From contig CBDAOI010000004.1 in the NCBI GenBank assembly GCA_965198005.1, forward strand, positions 1,984,001 to 2,048,000: DNA of 64,000 nt, written 5' to 3'. Positions within the stretch are counted from its first letter, which is position 1; every line of letters begins with the position of its first letter. The notes under the pieces were generated by a model. The model did not search any database. It saw only the letters and a program-made list of their open reading frames with translations, and was not told where the DNA came from. Origin of the DNA: Spirochaetia bacterium. Its GTDB lineage: Bacteria > Spirochaetota > Spirochaetia > SZUA-6 > Bin103. Below are positions 27,812-39,109 of the stretch, piece after piece. Both the position numbers and the translations under genes were made by a program.

Positions 27812-29373
27812 CAGCGTTCCTCCTGGAAGTGGTAGTAGTCATTGCCGCGAATATTGGCGTGTAGCGGCAGGGACGGCTGGTTGGCGGACAGCTGCTCGGG
27901 TTCGATCTTGTCCAGACCGTTGGCCAGGATGTTCTTAACTGCCTTATATGAGTGGTAGCGGAACTCCAGCGCCCGACCACAAGCCCGCTCCAGGCGCTCC
28001 TCACCATACTTGCGGTGCAAGTTGATGATGCCCAGGGCCACCTTGAAGCCCTGCTCCGGATGCTCACGCTCGTCCAGCACCTTGCCGACCAGGGCCGCGA
28101 CCTCAGGGCCGATCTCACCCGCCCAGCGCAGGATGCGTTCGGGGCTCCAGTCAGCGTAGAAACGGTGCTGCGGCGGCATATGGTCGGTAACGGTGGTGTA
28201 GCCGCCAGCGGTCCGCGCGCGCTGGTGAGCTGCCACCCGCAGATGGTCGTGATAGATCTCCACCATGCGGTCGTTGTACAGCACCTGTACTCGGGTGCCT
28301 TTGAGCCGCCACGGCACGCTGTAGTAGTGACGGTCCTCGCGGAGCTCGATGTGGTAGTTGAACTGCACCTTCAGATCCAGCGTCTGCATCAGCTCGAAGC
28401 GCTCCGCGGGCAGCGGTTGCAGGGCATCGCGCTCGATCCGATCGAACAGCTCGCGCCGTGAGTAGGGCAGCCGTTGGAAACGCGTGGCGTTGTGCGCATC
28501 GACCAGCGGCCTGATTGCCGCATTCAGCTCATCGATGCTGTAGAAGGTGCGGTCGCGCAGCTTGGCGTACACCCGCTGATACATCAGGCGCACGGTTTGC
28601 TCGACCAGAGCTTTGTCCTTGGGCTTGCGGCTGCGGGCGGGCAGCACCACCATGCCGTAGTGACGGGCGAACGCCGCGTACGCACGGTTCAGATCCGGCT
28701 CATAGGGGTCCGCCTTGGTCACCGCCGACTTCAGGCAGTCCGGTACGATCCCCGCCGGCACCCCACCGATATAGTCCAAGGCGCCCACGCTGGCAGCAAT
28801 CAGGTCTTCCTTCTGCTGCGTCTCGACTGCCTCAAGATAGCCGAGATGACTGGCTCCCAGCACCGCCACGAAGGACTCCACCTCCCGACTGACGGCGCGG
28901 TGCCGCTCGCTGACCGTCAATTTCTTGCCGGCAAAGTCCACAAACAGCTTGTCGCCGACTTTGTGCTCGATATGCATCGTCACCTCGTCGCCGTCACGCC
29001 ACACTTGATAGTGATAACAGAACTGCGAGTAGCTGTACCCGTCCGGCTCCTCCTGACGGTACTCCTCCCAGATCTGCTGGATCGTCACCCCGACCCTCTT
29101 CAATTCTCGTGTACAGCGCTCAAACCAGGCGCCCAACTCACCGTAGCGTGCGTCCGCTGCCCGACCACCGGCAAGCAGCTCCACGAGCTCGCTGTCGCTG
29201 ATTCCCCTGATCTGCTCGTAGCTGAGCCCGGTCGCCGCAAAGTCCCGTGCGTACTGGCTCACTACCGGATGCGATACCCGCAGTGCACGACCGATCTGTC
29301 GATAGCCGAGCCCTTTGTCCCGCAGACGAATAATGTCTCTGATCTTGCGCATGCTGATCCTCTCGTTGGCCAT
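27811..29373 (-). CDS. istA: IS21 transposase IstA
   Basis: HTH N-terminus; LFVDFAG, VPDCLKSAV, KPKDKALVE, HANIRG..YY. Confidence 0.95.
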   Translation of the reverse strand: MANERISMRKIRDIIRLRDKGLGYRQIGRALRVSHPVVSQYARDFAATGLSYEQIRGISDSELVELLAGGRAADARYGELGAWFERCTRELKRVGVTIQQIWEEYRQEEPDGYSYSQFCYHYQVWRDGDEVTMHIEHKVGDKLFVDFAGKKLTVSERHRAVSREVESFVAVLGASHLGYLEAVETQQKEDLIAASVGALDYIGGVPAGIVPDCLKSAVTKADPYEPDLNRAYAAFARHYGMVVLPARSRKPKDKALVEQTVRLMYQRVYAKLRDRTFYSIDELNAAIRPLVDAHNATRFQRLPYSRRELFDRIERDALQPLPAERFELMQTLDLKVQFNYHIELREDRHYYSVPWRLKGTRVQVLYNDRMVEIYHDHLRVAAHQRARTAGGYTTVTDHMPPQHRFYADWSPERILRWAGEIGPEVAALVGKVLDEREHPEQGFKVALGIINLHRKYGEERLERACGRALEFRYHSYKAVKNILANGLDKIEPEQLSANQPSLPLHANIRGNDYYHFQEER

Positions 29374-29599
29374 GGCCTCTCCTTCCCCGCTGCTGCGGGA
29401 ACCAGAAGCCTGCTCGATAAGAGACGCACATGCGCGTCGGTCCATTCCGGTCATCCCTACCACCCATTCCGGTAGCCACCCAAAATTGGAAGGCTTGCCC
29501 CGGAATCGCTGGTAAGGTTGCCCGGATTCGGTGGTAAGGTTCACCGGAATGACTGGTAGGGTTCGCCCGGAATCCACATTCGGACGCGCAGCTCCGCGC

Positions 29600-31280
29600 G
29601 CTGAACGCCGCGTTCCTGCTGGGTCTCGGCGACCCATCGCCGTTGCGGACCGAGGCCCGTAAGCTGCTGCAGCGGGTTGCCAGGGGCAGCGCCTCCTCCT
29701 CCTCGGTGGCGACGGAGGCGACGGAGGCGGCGGTGGCGACCTTCTACCTGGAGTCCCTCGACCGAATCGCCACCGAGATCGCTAGCGCCGCGGCGCCTCA
29801 TCGGGAGCTGCGCGAGCTGGCACACTGGCTGCGGCGGCACCAGCGGGGCGACGAACAGCGGGGCGGCGACCCACGCGGCGACGAGCAGCGGGCAGCGCCG
29901 AGCGTGTGTGGCAGGTGTTCATGCCCGAGGGCGTTGGCATCCAGGACGACCACGATGCGCAGGTGCGACAGCTTCGCGATCGGCGGACCGTGCGGATCAC
30001 GGCCCTCAATCCGTCGCCGTTGCAGCATCCGGCACGGCAGATTCTGTTCACCGCCAACGTGCTGCTCGGCTTGCCAGCCGCGGGCGCCAGCGAGCTGTCT
30101 GAAGACCTGCATGCGCGCGTAGCGAAGGTGGCGAGCGAGCCTCAGCTGTTCTGGTACGACCACCCCATCCCCATCGGCACCCCGCCGAGTAGCAACGAGA
30201 TCCTCTATGGGCTGCGCGCCCTCGACGACGCGCTCGAACAGGAGCGTGTGCGCGGCAATCTGCCTGCGCGGCAGCGAGCCACCTGCGTGCTGTCGGTCTG
30301 CACCACCCACGCCGGGCTGCAGCGGCTGGCAAGTGAGTACGTGAGCGACCTGTTGCGTGCCGCCGGTGGCATGCGCAACCTGGAGGTGTACGTCTTTACC
30401 GAGTCGGACACGTCGCAGCTCATCGAGCAGCTCCTACTGCCGACGGCCGTGGCCGAGAATCCGGATGCCGCCGCCCTGCTGCAGATCTTCGGCGTCGATG
30501 GCCGTTACGCACGCCACTACAACTTCCTGAAGGCGATCGCCGCGATCTGGCAGGTGGTGGTCGATCCCCAGCTTCGCGCCACCTTCAAGATCGATCTCGA
30601 TCAGGTGTTTCCGCAGCCGGAGCTGGTGGAGCAGGCCGGCGGGTCGGCCCTGGAGCTGCTGCGCACGCCGCTGTGGGGCGCGATCGGACGCGATTCGTGG
30701 GATAACGAGGTCGAGCTGGGCATGGTCGCCGGGGCGTTGGTCAATCAGACCGACATCGGCGCCGGGCTGTTCACCCCCGATGTGCGCTATCCGCAGCAGC
30801 CGCCGCCGCTGCTGCCGGACGAGGTGCTGTTTACCAGCAGGGTGCCGCAGGCGTTGTCGACGGCGGCGGAGATGATGGCGCGCTACGACGGGCTACCGGC
30901 GGGCCGGGAGGGGGCGGAGGCGGCGCAGCCACCGCGCCTGGATGGCCGGACCCGGTGCCTGCAACGCATTCACGTCACCGGCGGCACCAACGGCATCCTG
31001 CTAGATGCGCTGCGTCGGCACCGACCCTTCACCCCGTCGTTCGTGGGTCGCGCCGAGGACCAGGCCTACCTCCTGTCGACCTTCGGCGGCGGCCCCCTCG
31101 GTGGCGGCCACCGCAGGCTCGGCTACGCGCACGCCGCCAGCCTGATTGCGTCACGACAAGCACGAGCTGATCCCCGAGGCGATCGAGGCAGCCCGCACCG
31201 GGCGCCTGGTGGGCGACTACGTGCGCATCCTCATCTACTCGGCGTACGCCGACGCCATCGGCGACCGAGCCGAGGTCAAG
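29600..31280 (+). pseudogene. Large conserved-looking hypothetical protein, frameshifted and truncated
   Basis: ORFs 29643, 29906 and 31146 join across frameshifts; FWYDHPIPIG, FKIDLDQVF and GRAEDQAY motifs. Confidence 0.5.
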
Positions 31281-31419
31281 AGGGCCGGTCGTCGTCGAGC
31301 GATACGCGGTGGTGCGCGTGGTGCGCGGCTGCAGTGCCACCGACGAGGACCGCATCTGGCACCAGCGCTTGGAGGCGAGCGGCCGCCTCCAGCACCGCCT
31401 GCATTTCCGCTGCATGCAT
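31276..31419 (-). pseudogene. AbiEii-like nucleotidyltransferase N-terminal fragment
   Basis: AVLVGGTAAAHHAHHRVSLDDD. Confidence 0.6.
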
Positions 31420-31479
31420 ACCAGTAGTGAGTTTACTCACTATCCGGCCCGGCGTCGAGGGCTTGGCAGAGACGCTCCA

Positions 31480-31960
31480 GCGTGTTGCTGACAAGCCGCG
31501 GTCGTGGCGTAGCGGTGGTGCAGTCGGTTAGCCAATTCGACGCCGCCGAGGAAGAGAGGGCGTTCATGCGTGCCGTGGTTGCCGGGCTTGCGGACCTGGA
31601 CGCTGGCCGGGAGGTTGCGTTGGCCACAGCAAGGGAGCGGCTCGATCTCCGCTAGGTGAACCCGCGCGTCGCCATCAGGCTCGCGGAGTCCGCGCTGGCG
31701 GATCTACAGGCACTCAGGAGATGGTTACGATGACCAGGATCTCTCGGATGTAGGCAGTCGGGTGGCGACGGAGATCTTGTCGCGTATCGACAGCCTTGCG
31801 GACCATCCAGACCTGGGACGGGTGGTGCCAGAATATGATCAGCGGTTTCTCCGCGAGCTCATCCATCCATCGTTCGTATCGTCTACCGCCGCGGCAGCAA
31901 CCTCGTCCAGATCGTGTGGCGGAGCGAGCGGTTGCTCCAGCTACCCGACGACGAGTGACA
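31480..31960 (+). pseudogene. Phd-type antitoxin C-terminal fragment plus frameshifted RelE/ParE toxin
   Basis: RGVAVVQS...GLADLDAGR; LADHPDLGRVVPE...RELIHP. Confidence 0.65.
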
Positions 31961-32321
31961 GTCTGACGCGGGAGGCGAGGCACCGCTGCCGTCGATGCGC
32001 GCGGCTAGGCTCGCCATCTACGCTGACTCGCCTCAGTCTGTTGTATGGAACTCTTCCCGGAGAACGCGGCGCAGGGTCTCCTCGTCGACGGGGCTGGGGG
32101 CCTTGCCGAGAAATTGCCGGAGCGCTTCGTTGCGCTCGAGGTCCATCGACCCGTCGGCGTGATACAGCGCCTCGGCGCCGCCTCGCCAGACCATTAGCTG
32201 CCGCGGCAGTGGCCAACGGCGGGGGGTGGTCGGAACTGGCCGCGCCAGCTACGCGAGTAGGCCGGCGGCGGGTGGTCGGCACTGGTCATAATTTCCGCCT
32301 GGTCGTATTATATGACCACTT

Positions 32322-32552
32322 ATGAACACGCGGACGATCGGTGCAGCGAAATTCAAGGAGCAGTGCCTGGCGCTTCTCGACGACCTCCCCCGCGACGGCC
32401 TGATCGTTACCAAACACGGCAAGCCGGTGGCACGGGTTGTGCGCTATCCAGTGCAACCGCGCCAGCTGATCGGCGCGTTACGAGGGAAGCTAGCCGTACG
32501 CGGTGACATCCTCACCACGGGAGTGACGTGGGATGCCGCTGCTGAATCTTGA
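32322..32552 (+). CDS. Phd/YefM-family antitoxin
   Basis: IGAAKFKEQCLALLD...IVTKHGKPVARVV. Confidence 0.88.
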   Translation: MNTRTIGAAKFKEQCLALLDDLPRDGLIVTKHGKPVARVVRYPVQPRQLIGALRGKLAVRGDILTTGVTWDAAAES

Positions 32553-32907
32553 TACGCACATTCTCGTGCACGCCCTCACCGGCGACCTGAGACCTACGGA
32601 GGAGTCGATGCTGATCGAGCACGACTGGGGAGTGGCGGCCATCGTCTTCTGGGAGCTGGCGAAGTTGTCGCAGCTTGGCCGGCTCGACGTCGATCTCGGC
32701 GACGCCGAGGTCCAGAGTGTGCTGGCCAGCCTGCACGTTTGGCCGCTCGACCTCGACGTAGCCCGGGCCTCGATCGACCTGGACTTTCGCGGCGACCCGG
32801 CCGACGAGCTGATCGCGGCGACCAGCGTGGTGCACAACATCCCCCTGCTGACTCGAGACCGGCAGATGCTGAAGTCGACGCGGGTACCGCTGGCGCGCGT
32901 GACCTAA
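32533..32907 (+). CDS. vapC: VapC PIN-domain toxin
   Basis: LDTHIL...WELAKL...DPADELIAATS...LLTRD. Confidence 0.88.
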   Translation: MPLLNLDTHILVHALTGDLRPTEESMLIEHDWGVAAIVFWELAKLSQLGRLDVDLGDAEVQSVLASLHVWPLDLDVARASIDLDFRGDPADELIAATSVVHNIPLLTRDRQMLKSTRVPLARVT

Positions 32908-33072
32908 TCTAAGCCGGCCAAGGACAGCACGCCGTCTGGTCCCGCTCACCGCCGCCCATGCCCACTGTCAATCGTGCGCACTTCAGTTGGGGCCCCATCT
33001 ATGCCAATGCCGAACTCAGCGGGCGCAGCTCGGTTACGGCCCCCAGGGACTCCAGGAACATGCCCAAATCTC

Positions 33073-33828
33073 TCACCTGGGTTCGTGGGCGTGCAGGAAA
33101 TCGCGCACCTGTTGGATGGTCTGGGCTAGCATTTCGGGTTGGTCTGCCCAGGGGAAGGGCGTAACTTCGGCGTGTGGCGCCAGCGCGACAACGTCCATGG
33201 ATGTCTGGTAGGGGTGCGCTGGTGCGTCATCGGGCATGACCAGGATCGGCGTGGGGCACGATCGCGCGAAGTCGCGGGACACGCTGTAGACGAAGTCAGG
33301 CTGCGCACGATAGAGGTTGTGGAGGTACGATTCGATCGTGCGGGCGGTGATCTCGGGGCGCTGCGCACGCAGCTCGGGGGCCCAAGCATCGCGACCGGCG
33401 TTGTACATGACATCCGGGTCCTGCGGCCGGTGCCCGACTGGCTGGCACAGCACGCTGGCCACGACGCGGTCGGGTGCCTGCTGCATGAGTTTGAAGCCAA
33501 AGGGGCCGCCGATGCAGTAGCCCATGTAGAGGAACTGCTCGATACCGAGGTGGTCCATGAGACCCAGTTGGTCGCCGGCGAACGCGCCCCACGGATCGTC
33601 GACCGGGACTGGCCCGGTGGACTCACCACCGATGGCGTTGCGTTGGTCCATGGCGATGCAGCGAAACTCGTCCTGAAACGCATCCATGGCATTGAAAACG
33701 GCTCCCGGCCAACCGTCGACGCGTGAGTTCAAGCCACCGCCGGGGGTGACCAGGAGGGGGAAGCCGGAGCCGGCCTCCTCGTAACGGATGCGGACGTCGC
33801 CGCGCTGAAAAAACGGCATAGGGGCCAT
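33073..33828 (-). CDS. Alpha/beta hydrolase
   Basis: IRYEEAGSGFPLL..PGG; MDQRN; GYCIGG nucleophile elbow with Cys. Confidence 0.85.
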   Translation of the reverse strand: MAPMPFFQRGDVRIRYEEAGSGFPLLVTPGGGLNSRVDGWPGAVFNAMDAFQDEFRCIAMDQRNAIGGESTGPVPVDDPWGAFAGDQLGLMDHLGIEQFLYMGYCIGGPFGFKLMQQAPDRVVASVLCQPVGHRPQDPDVMYNAGRDAWAPELRAQRPEITARTIESYLHNLYRAQPDFVYSVSRDFARSCPTPILVMPDDAPAHPYQTSMDVVALAPHAEVTPFPWADQPEMLAQTIQQVRDFLHAHEPR

Positions 33829-33851
33829 GCTTGCACACTGTAAGACGACAC

Positions 33852-34150
33852 TCAATTGTGGTGCGGTCGTTGGCCTGGCTGGCATCTCGTCCGCGTCTGG
33901 GTATAGAGAATCTGATAGAGCGCGGCCTTGGCTCCGCTCACTCCCCGGGCAAACTCTTCCATCCGGGGAGCCATTCTCTGAAAGGCCTCTCTTCGTCCCG
34001 ATGCGTTCGCCCGCGCAGCCGCATGCTTGATGTACGTCGGGCTGGCATCGAACTCTTCCACGAGGAAGTCGATCTCTTCACCGCTCAGAAATCCCGGGAC
34101 AACGCAGAAGCCCCGTTCATCGAGCGAGGCGGCGATCGGCGCGCATGCGG
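33852..34150 (-). pseudogene. Possible 2OG-Fe(II)/PhyH-like N-terminal fragment
   Basis: LDERGFCVVPGFLSGEEIDFL. Confidence 0.35.
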
Positions 34151-34368
34151 ACGTTGCCCTACCGTAACAACGCGAGACGAGGAGGCGCGAGTGGCGAAGA
34201 TAGAGGCCGCCGATAGAACCGCGTCGTTGGAGCTTCTTGTGCGGAAGTCTGCCGAGTCATCGGCGAACCTCCATCGCCACTGCTGTCTAGAGGGTCCTTC
34301 TTCACGGCGCTCCGGCGCTCCCGGCTCACTTTACTCATGAGTAATATCCAGCAATAATGATATTACTC

Positions 34369-35061
34369 ATGGCCGAAATTGCGCGCTATCTGCGCGAGCC
34401 GGTGCGGGCCGACCTCGCCGAGAAGATGGTGTTCGTCGGCGGCGCGCGTCAGGTCGGCAAGACCACGTTCGCCCAGACATTCCTGGGCACGGCCGCGTCA
34501 GCGAGCCCGGCGTATCTCAACTGGGATAACACCAAGACTCGCGCGGCGCTCATCCGCGGCGAGTCGCCGCCCCGCCAGCCGCATGAGACGGCCGAACGTT
34601 GGCTGGCCATTCTCGAGCGCGTGTATCTGTGCTTCCGCATCGCGCCCTACGGGGCGCCCCGGATTCGGGCGGTCAAGAAGGAGCAGAAGCTCTACCTGAC
34701 CGACTGGTCGCGCGTGCCCGATGCCGGCGCGCGGTTCGAGAACTTCGTTGCCTGCCAACTGCTGAAATACTGCCACCTGGTCGAGGACACCGAGGGTTAC
34801 GCGATGGAGGTGCGCTACCTTCGCGACACCGACAGGCGCGAGGTCGACTTCGTGGTGCTGCGCGACCGGCAGCCGCTGTTCGCGGTGGAGTGCAAGACCG
34901 GCGAACGGAGCGTCAGCGCCGCAGCCCGCTACTTCCGCGAGCGCACGCCGATTCCGCGCTTCTACCAGGTCCACCTCGGTGCCGCCGACTGGGGAGATGC
35001 TGCCGGTGCCGTGCGCGTGGCGCCCTACCACGTGTTTTGCAGCGAGCTGGGATTGCCATAG
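34369..35061 (+). pseudogene. AAA_14/DUF4143 ATPase with internal deletion
   Basis: GARQVGKT Walker A joined directly to KLYLTD...FENFVA...REVDFV...VECK. Confidence 0.75.
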
Positions 35062-35105
35062 TCGATGACTTGCGATCGCCAGGAGCCTTATGATACGTAC
35101 CGCCA

Positions 35106-35368
35106 TGGCAACCTCGCTCACGCTCAGCATCGACGAAGCCATAATCAGGAGGGCGAAGGTGTTGGCCAAAGACCGTCGAACCACGCTGTCCCGGTTGGTA
35201 GAGGATTATCTGCGATACGTCACCGCAGGCAACGACGAGACACCTCCCGTTAGCATGCATGTGCAGGCAATTGCGGAGTCCCTCGAGATGCCATCGGGCC
35301 TCACGTACGACGATCTGAAGGAGCAGTACTTGCTCGAGAGGCATCTCGGTGCAAAGAATCCTGATTGA
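35106..35368 (+). CDS. DUF6364-like RHH antitoxin, followed by truncated PIN start
   Basis: LTLSIDEAIIRRAK..AK...TLSRLVEDYL; downstream ILIDSDVVLD remnant. Confidence 0.7.
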
Positions 35369-35508
35369 TTCCGACGTCGTGCTCGATTGTTTGTCTCGCG
35401 GGAGCCACATCACACGATCGCCCTGCACTGAGCCCGGTTGAGCTCATGCGGCTCGACGGCTTCGCGACCGAACAGCCAACCTCACGGTAGGTTCGGAGGG
35501 TTGAGGCG

Positions 35509-36327
35509 ATGGAGCTCGGACTGGAAGGCAAGCGCGGGATCGTCGTTGGCGGCAGCCGCGGTATCGGCAAGGCAATCGCACGCGAGCTGGCCCGCGAAGG
35601 GGTGGACCTGGCGGTCGTGTCCCGCGCCCCCGACTCGCTGGCCGCTGCGGCCCGGGAACTGGAGGCGGAGAGCGCGCGGCGGGTGGTGCCGATCGCTGCC
35701 GACGTCACCAGCCGCGAGCAGGTGGACCGCATGGTCGCCACCGCCGCGGATTGGCTTGGTGGCCTGCACATCCTCATCAACAGCGGCTCGCTGCCGGGCG
35801 GCTCGCCGACCGCGGTCGGACGCATCGAGACGATCGTCGACGAGGACTTTCTCCAGGACTTCAACGTCAAGTACCTCGGCGCCCTGCGCTGCGCCCGAGC
35901 CGCGATCCCCCATCTGAAAGCGCAGCGCTGGGGCCGCATCATCAACATCAGCGGCCTCAACGCACGGCGCGCCGGCAACCTGAGCGGCGGCGCGCGCAAC
36001 GCCTCGCTGGTGCACCTCACCCGCACCCTGGCGCTGCAGCTCGGCCGCGACGGCATCACCGTCAACTGCATCCATCCCGGCGAAACCCGCACCGAACGGA
36101 CACCGGGGCTGCTGGCCGCGCGCGCCCACGAGCTGGGCGTGGCGCCCGTGGAGGTCGAAGCCCACGACTACGCCGCCGGCGGCGCCAAGGCGAACGCCAT
36201 CGGACGCATGGTCGAAGCCGCCGAGATCGGCCACCTGGCGGTGTTCCTCGCCTCCGACAGGGCGTGGGCGGTTTCCGGCGAGGTTATCGCCGCCGACGGT
36301 GGTGGCGGCCCCGCTGTCTACTATTGA
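35509..36327 (+). CDS. SDR-family oxidoreductase
   Basis: GGSRGIG; VNCIHPG; FLASD.A..VSG....DGG. Confidence 0.9.
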   Translation: MELGLEGKRGIVVGGSRGIGKAIARELAREGVDLAVVSRAPDSLAAAARELEAESARRVVPIAADVTSREQVDRMVATAADWLGGLHILINSGSLPGGSPTAVGRIETIVDEDFLQDFNVKYLGALRCARAAIPHLKAQRWGRIINISGLNARRAGNLSGGARNASLVHLTRTLALQLGRDGITVNCIHPGETRTERTPGLLAARAHELGVAPVEVEAHDYAAGGAKANAIGRMVEAAEIGHLAVFLASDRAWAVSGEVIAADGGGGPAVYY

Positions 36328-36417
36328 AAGATGTGTGAATAATGTGGGCCCATGTGATTGAAGTGGGCCCCCGAAGTGGGCTCGGGTGACCACCCCGTCT
36401 GTCTGCCCGGACAGCGC

Positions 36418-36750
36418 TCACAGCAGCTTGTCTACGGCAACCAGGATCGCCACAGCGGCAGCGATGGCGGCGCCCAAGCGGATCGTCAACCGCTCCTGGA
36501 GCTTGCTGATCTCGCCGCGCAGGCTGGCCTCCATCTGATTCGTCTCGCCACGCAGGGTTGCCAGCTCCAGAAGAACGTCTCCTGCTTCTGGTTGTTGACC
36601 ACCTCTCGATAGACACGGCGGGAATGGCTCAATCTCCCGCTGAAGAACCACGTGCGCCGCCGAGCGCGCGCTTGTGGGTCCCAGGTGAGGCCCAGGTAGC
36701 CGAAGTCCACCTCCATGACTTCCCCCGCGATCGTCGCCCGCCGCATCACT
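36418..36750 (-). pseudogene. IS21 IstA fragment joined to a DUF1640-like C-terminal fragment
   Basis: GEVMEVDFGYLG...RLSHSR; LRGEISKLQERLTIRLGAAIAAAVAILVA. Confidence 0.55.
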
Positions 36751-36924
36751 GGCCGGATCTTCTTGGGAAATCGCCGGTGAATATAGCGGCGTACCGTCGT
36801 CTCCGAGTACGGCGGGCGAGCCAGTTTCGCAATCGCGATTCAATTACTCGCGCTCGCCTGTCAGAGTCGGCAGGACGTCCGCCAGGGTGATGCCGAAGAC
36901 CCACAAGAGCTTTCGCCACCCGGG

Positions 36925-37175
36925 CCTGGAGCGTCCGAGTATCTGGTAATTGGCGAATCACCTTTCGGTTCGAGAATGGAAATGCCTATGTCGTCGACTA
37001 TCAGGACTACCAGAATCAGAAACGGCGCCCACTCATCCGGGAGGGGTCTCAGACGACACTATCTGGAGCCGCTCAACTTGACCGTGTCGGAGCTTGCGGC
37101 AGATTTGAACTACGATTTGTGGGCCGCTGCCTCGAAATCAGGGGAGTGGGAGAAGGTCGAAACGCTCATCACAGG
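36925..37175 (+). pseudogene. Degraded higBA pair
   Basis: WSVRVSGNWRITFRFENGNAYVVDYQDY then THPG..RRHYLEPLNLTVSELA. Confidence 0.65.
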
Positions 37176-37196
37176 CGAGCGGCCGCCTCCAGCACC

Positions 37197-37478
37197 TCGG
37201 AGTCCGCGCTCGCGGATCTACAGGCACTCAGGAGATGGTACGATGACCAGGAGCTCTCAGATCTAGGCACCCGGCTGGTGACGGAGATCCTTTCCCGTAT
37301 CGACAGCCTTGCGGACCATCCAGATCTGGGACGCGTGGTGCCAGAATTCGATCAGCGGTTTCTCCGCGAGCTCATCCATCCACCATTTCGTATCGTCTAC
37401 CGCCGCGGCAGCAACGTCGTCCAGATCGTGCGGGTGTGGCGGAGCGAGCGGCTGCTACAGCTACCGGAAGACGAGTGA
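37197..37478 (+). pseudogene. RelE/ParE toxin, 5'-truncated paralog of 31657-31960
   Basis: ESALADLQALRRWY...GRVVPEFD...FRIVYR...VRVWR. Confidence 0.7.
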
Positions 37479-37676
37479 ACGTACGACGCGGGAGGAGTGG
37501 CGCAGCTGCTCGACGGTGTTGCGTGACTCGACGTCGGTGATCAAGACGGCAGGACGTAGCTGACAACCCCTAACGGGGTTCTCGTGAAGTCCCTGGTCGC
37601 GCCGCTTCGCCGACAGTCTGTGATTGCCCTCGAGCTTGACCCACGCACTGTTACACGTGTAGTATACGTGTTGTTC

Positions 37677-37925
37677 ATGCGGCGAAAGCTCACCATCACG
37701 ATTGACGAAGCTGTCTACCGAGGTCTGTACAAAAAGGTAGGCCCCAGAAAGATCGCTCGGTTCATAGAAGAGATCGTGCGCCCGCATGTGGTCGACGCCG
37801 ATCTCGATTCGGCCTACCAGGAGATGGCCCACGACGAGGCGCGAGAGCGGGACGCTGAGGAGTGGTCGGAGGCACTACTGGACGACGTGGCGCCTGGGTC
37901 GACGAGCCGTAATGAACCGCGGTGA
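37677..37925 (+). CDS. Antitoxin partner of MazF/PemK
   Basis: MRRKLTITIDE...AYQEMAHDEARERDAEEWSE; overlaps toxin start. Confidence 0.78.
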   Translation: MRRKLTITIDEAVYRGLYKKVGPRKIARFIEEIVRPHVVDADLDSAYQEMAHDEARERDAEEWSEALLDDVAPGSTSRNEPR

Positions 37926-38235
37926 GGTGTGGTGGGTCTCGTTTGAATCGGCTCGAGGAGGCGAAGTTCGGAAGCGACGCCCGGCCATCATCGTGAGCAA
38001 CGACGCATCGAATCGTCATCTCAGTCGCGTGCAAGTCGTGCCGCTGACATCAGCTACTCGAAGAGTGTATCCGAGCGAGGCACTGGTACATGTTGGCAGC
38101 CGACGACAGAAGGCCATGGCCGATCAGATCACGACCGCTGCCAAGCACCGGCTGACCGAGCGGCTTGGCATCGTGAGAGGCGAGGAGATGGACTCGGTCG
38201 AACGTGCCTTGCGAATCCAGCTCGGACTCACGTAG
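37912..38235 (+). CDS. mazF: MazF/PemK endoribonuclease toxin
   Basis: RGEVWWV...GGEVRKRRPAIIVSND...VVPLTS...DQI. Confidence 0.9.
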   Translation: MNRGEVWWVSFESARGGEVRKRRPAIIVSNDASNRHLSRVQVVPLTSATRRVYPSEALVHVGSRRQKAMADQITTAAKHRLTERLGIVRGEEMDSVERALRIQLGLT

Positions 38236-38299
38236 AGCTGGAACCGCAGCAACGACGGTGGTCCGGCCCGCCTGGAGCGATGAAAGGACGTTCAGAAGG

Positions 38300-38530
38300 A
38301 GGGGGGCGAGAGGTTCCAGGGTTTCGATTCGGTTGTCGTGGACAACAAGTACGACGACGGCGACCGGAAACCGCCCGGGGTTTTGCTGGTGCTGGAGGTT
38401 CTGGTCAACGGTGGCGACACATCGAACTCGGTCGCAGCCCTGCCGAGCCGCTCGCCGTTGCGGACGCCTGCCCAGCCATTTCTCCGTGGCACGGTCTGCA
38501 CCTCGTGGCCTTCCAGGAGCCGAGAAAAAC
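38300..38530 (-). pseudogene. DUF5615 PIN-like fragment
   Basis: GHEVQTV...GWAGVRNGE...FDV...DQNLQHQQN across frames. Confidence 0.55.
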
Positions 38531-38629
38531 TGACGCGTGAGTCAGTGTGCCCGGCCGAAAGACGAGACGACCGGTTGCGGTTGATAACGATGTATCCGTC
38601 CCGCAAATACCATCGCCAACGGGGGAGCA

Positions 38630-38926
38630 ATGGCTGACGTACAAATGGACTACCTCGATGACGAGGAACGAGAGCTCATAGAGAGTATCGAGGGAGCACC
38701 CCACTTCGGCGAGCGGCTCGATCCAGAGGAGGAGAACAGATTCCGGGAGTTGCTGAAGGTCGCCGCGCGCAGGAAGCCGAAGGACACCAAGATCACCCTG
38801 CGGATAGCGTCCGACGATCTGGTGGCTATCAAGGCACTGGCGCGTCGGCTCGGCGTCGAATACCAACCGCTCATCGTAGAGGTGATCCACCAATATGCGC
38901 GCGGCCAGCTCAAACGCTCCAGCTGA
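38630..38926 (+). CDS. CopG/BrnA-like antitoxin, preceded by a toxin C-terminal remnant
   Basis: LDDEERELIESIE...KITLRI...IKALA...GVEYQ.LI..VIH; upstream LITMYPSRK. Confidence 0.72.
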   Translation: MADVQMDYLDDEERELIESIEGAPHFGERLDPEEENRFRELLKVAARRKPKDTKITLRIASDDLVAIKALARRLGVEYQPLIVEVIHQYARGQLKRSS

Positions 38927-39109
38927 CGCCGACGAGTCTTGATGTCAGCGTGGCGTAACGGCGCGCTGCAGCGTTAACCGCACGCGCCCGTTCGCACGCT
39001 ATCAGTACCAGCTCCCCCGGTTGGACGAGTTCCGAACCTACTGCTACAGCCATCACTTGGCTGAGGTGCCGGCAGCGTCGCGCGCGACGTAGAGCGAGCA
39101 CGAGCTGAA

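Larger units (their letters stand above)
25322..29578 (-). mobile_element. IS21-family composite: istAB plus a degraded second istB and a group II intron
   Basis: Ends TGCGCATTCCGGTGAACC and GGTTCGCCCGGAATCCACA; multiple ATTCCGG/CCGGAAT subterminal repeats; no TSD seen. Confidence 0.7.
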